IMG/VR virus record: IMGVR_UViG_3300042344_000499
Location: 1 to 26,133 of that record
Length of the DNA: 26,133 nt
Origin: a virus
Lineage: Duplodnaviria > Caudoviricetes
Direction: 5' to 3' (one strand)
Each line of letters starts with the position of its first letter. The stretch's first letter is position 1. The notes below the pieces were generated by a model that saw only the letters and a program-made list of their open reading frames with translations, had not been told where the DNA came from and made no database searches. Below, in pieces: positions 9,338-15,904 of this stretch. The position numbers were made by a program, and so were the translations under genes.

Positions 9338-9732
9338 TCGTCGTCGCTCGCAACCTGTTTGAGGCGACCTGCCGCAGCCGGGGCTACGATCCGGCCGCGT
9401 GCGAGCCGTGCATCGTCGCGGACGACGGGCTTCGCGTCACCGTGGACGAGACGCACGCCGCCTACCCCCGGCTCCGCGAGCGGCCGACGCTGCTCGCGAA
9501 GGCCGCAAGCTTCGCCGCCTCTGCCGCAAGGCACGTCGTCGCCGGGATGCCTCTGGCGACCCCGGCACAGGTCGCGGAGCGGTTCGCGATCTGCGAGCAG
9601 TGCCAGCACTACGACGGGGCGGCCTGCCGCCTGTGCGGGTGCCCGGTCAAACGCAAGCGGCGGTTCGTGTCCAAGCTCTCGTGGGCCGGCGAGTCTTGCC
9701 CGGCCGGCAAGTGGGGGCCGGTGTCCGATTGA
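9334..9732 (+). CDS. Cys-rich metal-binding protein (DUF6171-like C-terminus)
   Basis: ERFAICEQC...CRLCGC...KLSW...SCPAGKW; 9 Cys; ATGA coupling. Confidence 0.7.
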   Translation: MIVVARNLFEATCRSRGYDPAACEPCIVADDGLRVTVDETHAAYPRLRERPTLLAKAASFAASAARHVVAGMPLATPAQVAERFAICEQCQHYDGAACRLCGCPVKRKRRFVSKLSWAGESCPAGKWGPVSD

Positions 9733-9756
9733 CTCGCCGGCGACGGCGGGCAGACT
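9729..9756 (+). promoter_or_regulatory. Candidate sigma70 promoter for the accessory operon
   Basis: TTGACT-16 nt-CAGACT, followed by AGGAGG (9771-9776) and ATG 9782. Confidence 0.4.
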
Positions 9757-9781
9757 GCGTTCCCACCCATAGGAGGCAAGG

Positions 9782-10801
9782 ATGCCACCGAAAGGCACGC
9801 CAGGCGGCGACCAGATCACGGAGATCGCCCGTCGGCTGGTCGCGGAACACCCAGACCACCCGGCCCGCGGGCTGGCGCGGATGCTGGTGGCGGAGTCGAA
9901 CGGGGCCCTGACGCTCGATCAGGCAAGAAAGCGGATTCTGCGGCGGCTGGGCCTGAATGGAAAGAAGAACCGCCAGTCCTCTCTCGTCTCCGCCCCTCGC
10001 GAGCCCCGCCAGGCCGGCGTGAACTACACCCTCCCGCCGTCGATCGCCCGGCCGTGGACCCGCTACCGCCTCGAGGTGACCGGCCGCGTCGGGATCCTGT
10101 CGGACGTTCACGTCCCGTATCACTCCGAGATCGCGGTCCGCGCCGCCGTCGGCCACCTGGTCGAGATCGGGATCGAGGCCCTGGTCCTGAACGGCGACAT
10201 CGCCGACTTCTACTCGATCTCCCGCTACACGAAAGACCCGAAACAGCGGGACTTCTCCGGCGAGCTCGAGGCCGTCCGCGACTTCGTCGGCTGGATCCGG
10301 GAGACGTTCCCCGGGATCCCGATCGTTTACAAGGCCGGGAATCACGAGGAGCGCTGGCAGCATTACATCTGGCAGCACGCCCCGGAGCTGTCGAAGGAAA
10401 AGCGCATGAGCCTCCAGGCCTGGCTGAACCTCGACCAGCACGGGATCGACCTGGTCGAGGACCAGCGGCCGATCATGGCGGGCCGGCTCCCGATCCTCCA
10501 CGGCCACGAGCTGCCGAAGGGGATGTCGTCGCCCGTCAACCCCGCCCGCGGCGCGTACATGCGGATGAAGCACACCGGCCTGGTCGGCCACCACCACCGC
10601 ACGAGCGGCCACGCGGAAGCCGACTTCGACCACCGCGAGACGTTCAACTGGAGCACGGGGTGCCTGTGCGACCTGACGCCGGAATACGCGCGGATCAACT
10701 CCTGGAACTGGGGCTTCGCGGTCGCGACGATCCACGCGGACGGGGAGTTCGACGTCGAGAACCTGCGGATCACGGCCGACGGGAAGGTGAGGAGTTCGTG
10801 A
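9782..10801 (+). CDS. Calcineurin-like metallophosphoesterase with N-terminal helical (HTH-like) extension
   Basis: Complete motif set: SDVH, GDIAD, GNHE, HGH, GHHH. Confidence 0.9.
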   Translation: MPPKGTPGGDQITEIARRLVAEHPDHPARGLARMLVAESNGALTLDQARKRILRRLGLNGKKNRQSSLVSAPREPRQAGVNYTLPPSIARPWTRYRLEVTGRVGILSDVHVPYHSEIAVRAAVGHLVEIGIEALVLNGDIADFYSISRYTKDPKQRDFSGELEAVRDFVGWIRETFPGIPIVYKAGNHEERWQHYIWQHAPELSKEKRMSLQAWLNLDQHGIDLVEDQRPIMAGRLPILHGHELPKGMSSPVNPARGAYMRMKHTGLVGHHHRTSGHAEADFDHRETFNWSTGCLCDLTPEYARINSWNWGFAVATIHADGEFDVENLRITADGKVRSS

Positions 10802-11310
10802 GCCCCGAAGACCTGGTCAAAGCGGAGCAGCTCGCCCGCCGGATGGGGCCGGCGAACTGCTGGACTGGCACCGGGGGCACGCTAGCCTCCTACGCTCTGG
10901 CGATGATCCGGGAACTGAAGGAGCAAGCCATGAAGGAGCAGTCCGGCGACGTGGTGAAGTTCCAGACCGGGGCCGTCCGGTCGAGTGACGCGGAGGCCAC
11001 CCGCTACGACCTCGTCTCGCCGATCGGCCTGGAGGCTGTCGCCCGGACGTGTGCGGAGGGGGCCGCCAAATACGGCGACTGGAACTGGGAGAAGGGGATG
11101 CCGGTCCACGATCTCCTGAACCACGCCCTTCGGCACGTCTACCAGTACCTCTCCGGCGATCGGTCGGAGGACCATCTGCCCCACGCGGCCTGGGGCCTGC
11201 TGGCCGCGATTCACTCCGAGGCCCTCTGGCCCCACCTAAACGACGGCACGCTCCGCGGTGCCGGCTGCACGCCTCCGGGGGCCGGGCCATGTTCGACCGC
11301 GTCGTCGTGA
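10798..11310 (+). CDS. DUF5664 / dATP-dGTP diphosphohydrolase-domain protein
   Basis: FQTGAVR, RYDLVSP, GAAKYGDWNWEKG, HALRH and EDHLPHAAW motifs. GTG 10798 is coupled to the upstream stop; an internal ATG at 10930 has its own AAGGAG RBS. Confidence 0.85.
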   Translation: MSPEDLVKAEQLARRMGPANCWTGTGGTLASYALAMIRELKEQAMKEQSGDVVKFQTGAVRSSDAEATRYDLVSPIGLEAVARTCAEGAAKYGDWNWEKGMPVHDLLNHALRHVYQYLSGDRSEDHLPHAAWGLLAAIHSEALWPHLNDGTLRGAGCTPPGAGPCSTASS

Positions 11311-11903
11311 TCTCGCTGGCCCGCCGGCCCGACCGGCTGGCGGGGTTCTACGCGCGGCTCGCCGGCCGGTTCGACGCCTGCCCGTACCCGGCGACCGACG
11401 GCCAGGAGGATCGCCCGCCGGCCTGGTGGAAGACGACGCCTGGGGCCTGGGGCTGCTACCAGTCACACCGGGCCGTGATCGACTACGCGCTGGCGATCGA
11501 CATCGAGTCGATCCTGATCTTCGAGGACGACGCCACGTTCGTCCCCGACTTCACCGAGCGGCTCGCGGGCCTCGAGGTCCCGGCCGACTGCCAGATGCTC
11601 TACCTGGGGGGGCAACACCTGACGCGGGCGGAGCCGGGGCCGCCGGGCCTCGTGCGCGGGCGGAACGTCAACCGGACCCACGCCTACGCGGTGTTCGGCC
11701 GGCCGGCCCTCGAGCTGCTCCGCGACCACCTGCGGCCCGACCCGGCCCTCTGGACCGCCCGGCATCACATCGACCACCACTACGGCCTCTTGCACCGGCG
11801 GCGGCGGATCGCCGTCTACGCGGTCTCCCCGTGGCTCTGCGGCCAGGCCGCCGGGGTGAGCGACGTGTCGGGCCGGCCGGAACGCGAAAGGGCCTGGCGA
11901 TGA
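11289..11903 (+). CDS. Glycosyltransferase family 25-like
   Basis: VISLARRPDR, ATDG, GCYQSH, ILIFEDDA, MLYLGG, THAYAV and HID motifs. Confidence 0.88.
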   Translation: MFDRVVVISLARRPDRLAGFYARLAGRFDACPYPATDGQEDRPPAWWKTTPGAWGCYQSHRAVIDYALAIDIESILIFEDDATFVPDFTERLAGLEVPADCQMLYLGGQHLTRAEPGPPGLVRGRNVNRTHAYAVFGRPALELLRDHLRPDPALWTARHHIDHHYGLLHRRRRIAVYAVSPWLCGQAAGVSDVSGRPERERAWR

Positions 11904-13180
11904 CATCCTGGGATTTCTTCGACACGCTCATGGGCCGGTCCGCCGGCCACGAACCCTGGCGGGTGTTCGAGACCGTCGGCGGGGCCGCCTACGTCCCGAT
12001 CCGCCAGGAGGCCGAGCGGCGGAGCGACCGGACCTGGGACGGCATCTTCGACCAGGTCCGCGAGATCACCGGCTGGACGGCCGCCCGCGTCGAGCAGCTG
12101 AAGCGCGACGAGTGGGCCGCGGAAGTGGCCGGGGCCTTCCCGATCGCGGAGAACGTGACGAGGGTTCGGCCGGGGGACCGGATCGTGTCGGACACCTACT
12201 TCTCCACGCTCCAGGTCCGCGAGCTGGCCGACCGGATCGGGATCCCGAAGACGGTCCAGATCGTGACCTCGTGGGATGCCAAATGGTCGGGCCAGTGGTG
12301 GAAGTCGGAGGCGGCCCGCCAGGCCGACCTCCACGTCGGAGACAACCAGCGGAGCGACTGGGAGCAACCCCGGGCCGCCGGGCTCCGGGCCGAGCGTTAC
12401 GCCGCCGGCCGGCCGACGAGCCAGGAGACCGCCTGGGAGCGGGACGGATTCTGGGAGGTGGCCGGGGCCGCCAGGGCCGCCCGGCTGATGAATCCGCACC
12501 CCCGCGGCTCCGACGAGCATAGGTGGTGGGACGGGGCCGCCGCGGCGAACGTCCCCTTCCTGCTGCTGGCCGCTGCTCTGGTCCACGAGTACGCGTTCAC
12601 GGCCCGGCCCAGCCGCCTGGCCTTCGTCTCGCGAGACTCGATCCTCCTCTCGAAGGTCTACCACGCGCTCTACCGCGAGCCGGTGACGATCTTCGACGCC
12701 AGCCGGCAGACCCTCCGGAACCCGTCCGCTGACTTCTTGGCATACGTCAAGCGGCTGGCCCCGGGGACGCTGTTCGTCGACTTGCACGGCACCGGGAAAT
12801 CGGTCCGCGAGTTCACGCGGAAGACGGGGATCGAACTGGCCTACGTCTTCGTCTGCGGCCAACGGCGGCTCGCGGCCCACGCTCCGGCGCTGGCGACGCT
12901 CCGTGGGATCGGCACCGGGACCGCGGTCGAGGTGATGAACTATCACGACGAGGGCCGGGTGACGGACGTCGACCGCGAAGGCCGCCCGATCCGGGCCCCG
13001 CTCGAGTACGACCCCGCGCCGGTCCGGGTCCACCGGACGGCCTCGATCGACGGGGCCCGGCTCTGCTGCCGCCCGCCCCGGGGCGTGACCGCGGAGCATG
13101 TGATCAGGGCCGCGGAGGCCGTCGCCAAGGCCGTCCCCCGCGAGCTGCTCCGCCAGCATCAGGTGGAGCACCGGGGGTGA
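11900..13180 (+). CDS. HAD phosphatase fused to a PRT-like domain (ribofuranosyltransferase-like, PRP+gPRT architecture)
   Basis: N-terminal HAD motifs WDFFDTL, VSDTY, K and HVGDNQRSD. C-terminal FVSRDSILL, ASRQTL and FVDLHGTGKS resemble gPRT motifs. ATGA-coupled to the GT25 gene. Confidence 0.7.
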   Translation: MTSWDFFDTLMGRSAGHEPWRVFETVGGAAYVPIRQEAERRSDRTWDGIFDQVREITGWTAARVEQLKRDEWAAEVAGAFPIAENVTRVRPGDRIVSDTYFSTLQVRELADRIGIPKTVQIVTSWDAKWSGQWWKSEAARQADLHVGDNQRSDWEQPRAAGLRAERYAAGRPTSQETAWERDGFWEVAGAARAARLMNPHPRGSDEHRWWDGAAAANVPFLLLAAALVHEYAFTARPSRLAFVSRDSILLSKVYHALYREPVTIFDASRQTLRNPSADFLAYVKRLAPGTLFVDLHGTGKSVREFTRKTGIELAYVFVCGQRRLAAHAPALATLRGIGTGTAVEVMNYHDEGRVTDVDREGRPIRAPLEYDPAPVRVHRTASIDGARLCCRPPRGVTAEHVIRAAEAVAKAVPRELLRQHQVEHRG

Positions 13181-14086
13181 TCAGGCCGCGCCGGCCGCCC
13201 CCGGCGGCGGCTCGAGGTCGCCCGGCCAGATCCGCGGCAGCAGCTGCCACGGGGCCGGCTGGCCGGCCTGGGTGATCCGCGGGTCGAGGTAGCGCCTCGT
13301 GACCTTTTCGGAGGAGTGCTGCAGGGCATCCCGAGCCGATCCGCCGGCGGCGGTCAGGTGGCTGGCGAAACTGCGTCTGAGCGCGTGGAACTGGACCTCC
13401 GGCCCCTCCCCGAGCCCGGCCCGACGGGTGATCACCTTCCACCGCTCGCGGAGGGCGGTGTCGCTCGCCGGCCAGAAGAAGAGGGCCTGCTGATCGTGGC
13501 GGGACACTTGGTCGACCAGCTCGGCGACGTGGTCCGGCAGCGCGTAGGTGGCCGGCTTCCGGCTGCCCTTCCGGGCCTCGGCCGGCACGGCCAGCCAGGG
13601 CCGCTGCCAGTCCTGCCGGCCCACCCGGAGCACCGCCGTGATCCGCTCGCCGCTGTAGAACAGCACCCCGAGCAGGGCCTGGAACCAGACCGGGGCCGGG
13701 ATCGGGCCCACCCAGCCCCGGACCTTCCCGCAGGAGGCCCACAGGCGGGCGAGCTCGTCGGCGGTGAACGCCCGGGGCGTCTGCTCCGGGATCAGCTCCG
13801 GGGCCACGAGCGGCCGCAGCCGGACGAGGCCGCGGGCCTGGGCGAGATTCCACAGGGCCAGCAGGCCCGACCGCTCCCGGGCGACCGAGTTCGGCGACAG
13901 CTTGGCGGCCCGCGCCGCCAGGAACTGGCTCACGACCAGGTCGTCGCAGTCGGCGAGCGTGGCCGGCCGCTCGAGGTGGAGGCTGAACTGCCGGATCGCG
14001 TGGCGAAGCAGGCGGACCGATTCGGGCGAGCGACCGCGGAGTTTGAGCGGGACGTAAACGGTATCCAAAAACGTGTCGAGATTCAT
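13181..14086 (-). CDS. int: Tyrosine recombinase / phage integrase (301 aa)
   Basis: Catalytic set YSGER, ARKG, FHALRR and LQHSS...TRRY. GGGAGAGGT RBS before ATG 14086. No integron-integrase-specific insertion is visible. Confidence 0.93.
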   Translation of the reverse strand: MNLDTFLDTVYVPLKLRGRSPESVRLLRHAIRQFSLHLERPATLADCDDLVVSQFLAARAAKLSPNSVARERSGLLALWNLAQARGLVRLRPLVAPELIPEQTPRAFTADELARLWASCGKVRGWVGPIPAPVWFQALLGVLFYSGERITAVLRVGRQDWQRPWLAVPAEARKGSRKPATYALPDHVAELVDQVSRHDQQALFFWPASDTALRERWKVITRRAGLGEGPEVQFHALRRSFASHLTAAGGSARDALQHSSEKVTRRYLDPRITQAGQPAPWQLLPRIWPGDLEPPPGAAGAA

Positions 14087-14219
14087 GGCGACCTCTCCCC
14101 CGAAGGTAGGTCGCATCCGTGCGGCGGGCCGCCGGGAAATCCGTGCGGCCGGCACCCTTGGTCCATTGGAGTGCCGCTGGCGCGGGTCGTGAGGATTGCA
14201 CCCCTCAAAGGGCTAGGGC

Positions 14220-14233
14220 TCCTGTCCCCGCCA
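14220..14233 (+). other. Putative attP core: tRNA 3'-end fragment (tRNA-fMet-like TCCTGTCCCCGCCA)
   Basis: Matches the 3' side of the T-arm plus acceptor strand of initiator tRNAs (...AATCCTGTCCCCGCNA). Lies about 130 bp from the int start and is followed immediately by a long hairpin. Confidence 0.7.
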
Positions 14234-14236
14234 TTG

Positions 14237-14275
14237 GTGAACCTTCGGATCCCGTCCGGGGATCCGAAGGTTCAC
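14237..14275 (+). terminator. Perfect 17-bp inverted repeat after the att core (replacement terminator/processing hairpin for the target tRNA)
   Basis: GTGAACCTTCGGATCCC-GTCCG-GGGATCCGAAGGTTCAC. Confidence 0.7.
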
Positions 14276-14335
14276 GCGATCCCGCCAGCACGGAACGCTA
14301 CGCGCCGCCGGACCCCCAGGGCAAGTCGGCCCGTA

Positions 14336-14363
14336 TTGATTCAGGGAGGAGGGGCCCTACCAT
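14336..14363 (+). promoter_or_regulatory. Candidate sigma70 promoter giving a leaderless mRNA for the HTH gene
   Basis: TTGATT-16 nt-TACCAT, with ATG 14371 7 nt downstream and no SD in between. Confidence 0.55.
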
Positions 14364-14370
14364 CCGGGCC

Positions 14371-14613
14371 ATGAAGATGATCACCGACAAGGCCGGCCGC
14401 CACCTGTGCACGACTGCCGAAGCCGCCCGAGAGTACGGGTGCGGACCGTCCTACATCCGGACGCTCGCCTCGAAGGGAATCCTCTGGTCGAAGGTGGAAT
14501 CCCCCCGGGTGGTGTTCTATGATCTCGACCAGGTGAAGAAGGTCGCCAGGGAGAATCGGGCGACCAGACGGAAACGCGGCGGCCGCCCACCGAGGGGCAG
14601 TCAAGCCGCCTGA
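14371..14613 (+). CDS. MerR/HTH_17-like DNA-binding protein (excisionase or repressor candidate)
   Basis: LCTTAEAAREYGCGPSYIRTLASKGIL winged-HTH pattern, basic GGRPP tail, adjacent to attP. Confidence 0.78.
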   Translation: MKMITDKAGRHLCTTAEAAREYGCGPSYIRTLASKGILWSKVESPRVVFYDLDQVKKVARENRATRRKRGGRPPRGSQAA

Positions 14614-14625
14614 CCGGAGTCGGCC

Positions 14626-14922
14626 ATGTTTGAGGCCCTCAAGTATTTCATCCGGCTGTTTGCGTCCGTAATCCTGCTCGGCCTCGCGGCAGTTTTCTGC
14701 CTATTCGCGTCGCTCGACGCCAAGGCAACCGCTGCCATGTACGGGATCGGGGCGGTGTTCGGGCTGGCGGGCCTGTTGAGCTGGCCGCGGCGGCCGAACG
14801 CCTGGAGGCGCGATCCTCCGACGGAGCGGCAGCTGGCCTACGCTCGCGACCTGGGGATTTCGATCCCCAAGGGCATCTCGAAGGGCGAACTGTCCGACCT
14901 GATCACCGCCTTCAAGTCGTGA
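14626..14922 (+). CDS. Two-TM membrane protein with C-terminal PTERQLAY...ELSDLI helical domain (possible lysogenic conversion/exclusion protein)
   Basis: GGAG RBS, two hydrophobic segments; probably co-transcribed with the HTH gene. Confidence 0.7.
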   Translation: MFEALKYFIRLFASVILLGLAAVFCLFASLDAKATAAMYGIGAVFGLAGLLSWPRRPNAWRRDPPTERQLAYARDLGISIPKGISKGELSDLITAFKS

Positions 14923-14986
14923 CGCCCTGACGGCAGGGCCGTTTTTCCCGGGCGAAACCGCGTTGTTTTTTTCTGCTCAACAGGCC

Positions 14987-15016
14987 TTGACCAAAAGGCG
15001 ATAACTCCTCTAGAAC
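14987..15016 (+). promoter_or_regulatory. Candidate early promoter with an overlapping operator-like repeat
   Basis: TTGACC-18 nt-TAGAAC preceded by a T-rich tract. CCAAAAGGCGATAA (14991-15004) recurs as CCAACAGGCGATAA (15169-15182). Confidence 0.5.
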
Positions 15017-15076
15017 CTCCGTCGCGTCATGGATGGCACGACGGTGATCGAGCTGTCCGGTACAGGGAGGTACGCG

Positions 15077-15148
15077 ATGGACGCCACGGTGTGGATCGAG
15101 TTGCTGATCGTGGTCCTGCGGATCGTGTCCGCGGGGCTGGCTGGTTGA
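15077..15148 (+). CDS. 23-aa hydrophobic peptide MDATVWIELLIVVLRIVSAGLAG (not in ORF track)
   Basis: AGGGAGG RBS 6 nt upstream; one TM-like helix; followed by a weak hairpin and T6. Confidence 0.6.
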   Translation: MDATVWIELLIVVLRIVSAGLAG

Positions 15149-15193
15149 GGCCGGTTTTTTGCACGACGCCAACAGGCGATAAGGAGTATTGGC

Positions 15194-15430
15194 ATGGATG
15201 CCATGGAACGCAGTCCGGGTGATGCGGAGGCCGCCGCGGCGGTGGCCGGGATGGCCGAGACCTACGGCCACGGAATCAGGGTGGGGGCGGAGCACTGGTT
15301 CCAGCCCGCGATCGGCGCGATGCCGATCCCGGGCCGGGTGCTCGACGTCAACGCCGGCGGAATGATCGTGATCGCCGACCGGTCGGGGACGGAGCACATC
15401 ATCCACCCCACCATGATCGCGGAGTTCTGA
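15194..15430 (+). CDS. Hypothetical early protein (small beta-barrel-like)
   Basis: AAGGAG RBS; GC3-rich codons. Confidence 0.65.
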   Translation: MDAMERSPGDAEAAAAVAGMAETYGHGIRVGAEHWFQPAIGAMPIPGRVLDVNAGGMIVIADRSGTEHIIHPTMIAEF

Positions 15431-15433
15431 CCC

Positions 15434-15685
15434 ATGGTTCAGGGACGACACCGCGCCATGTACCGCAAGGGTCCGGAGCACCGCTGGGCGCAGCGGCGGG
15501 CCGAGATCGTGCAGAAGCTGATCGCCCCCGGCCGGGTGCTCGAGCGGCTGGTGGCGGAGATCCGGCCGGTCGGGGTGAACACCTACTTCATTCCGGCCGG
15601 GGCCGCGCTGCTCTTGCGTGCGAAGGCCACGCTCGACGAGTTCCGGCCGCTCGCGAACGACACGGAAGGGGAGGTGTTCGAGTGA
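15434..15685 (+). CDS. Hypothetical early protein
   Basis: Tightly packed in the operon; GC3-rich codons. Confidence 0.6.
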   Translation: MVQGRHRAMYRKGPEHRWAQRRAEIVQKLIAPGRVLERLVAEIRPVGVNTYFIPAGAALLLRAKATLDEFRPLANDTEGEVFE

Positions 15686-15903
15686 TCCTCGTTCACGGAC
15701 TCGTCGTCCTGGCGATCACCGCCGGGATGTTTCTGGTGGCGGTCGCCCTGGCGGGTCTGGCACTCGTCGGGATTCAGATTCAGGAGGAGCGGCGCGGCAG
15801 CGGATGCCGGGCCGCAGGAGGCCGGCGGAGCCGGCGGGGACAGGGATGCAATCGGCCGCGGGTGGCGGAGCCCGCCCGCGGCACTTTCACCGAAGGAGAG
15901 TGA
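15682..15903 (+). CDS. Small membrane protein (N-terminal TM); 3' half overlaps a GGA-hairpin cluster
   Basis: GGAGG RBS, GTGA coupling, hydrophobic first ~32 aa. Confidence 0.6.
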   Translation: MILVHGLVVLAITAGMFLVAVALAGLALVGIQIQEERRGSGCRAAGGRRSRRGQGCNRPRVAEPARGTFTEGE

Positions 15904-15904
15904 G

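Noticed and set aside
9782-11310. 2-aminoadenine (dZ) or 7-deazaguanine genome-modification system
   Set aside because: DUF5664 alone is insufficient; no PurZ, DatZ, QueC/D/E, FolE, DpdA or phage DNA polymerase is in the window.
10054-11899. ORF-track N-terminal extensions (10054, 11049 and 11258 starts) suggesting large fusion proteins
   Set aside because: The extensions are low-complexity alternate-frame read-through of upstream genes; coupled or motif-consistent starts are at 10798/10930, 11289 and 11900.
13181-14086. Integrase as an integron integrase (IntI) serving the attC sites
   Set aside because: It lacks the IntI-specific insertion between the catalytic Lys and the HxxR box, sits by a tRNA-type attP, and is more than 6 kb from the attC sites.
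14160-14240. Complete tRNA gene
   Set aside because: Only the 3' 14 nt are tRNA-like; no GTTC T-loop, anticodon arm or D-arm lies upstream.
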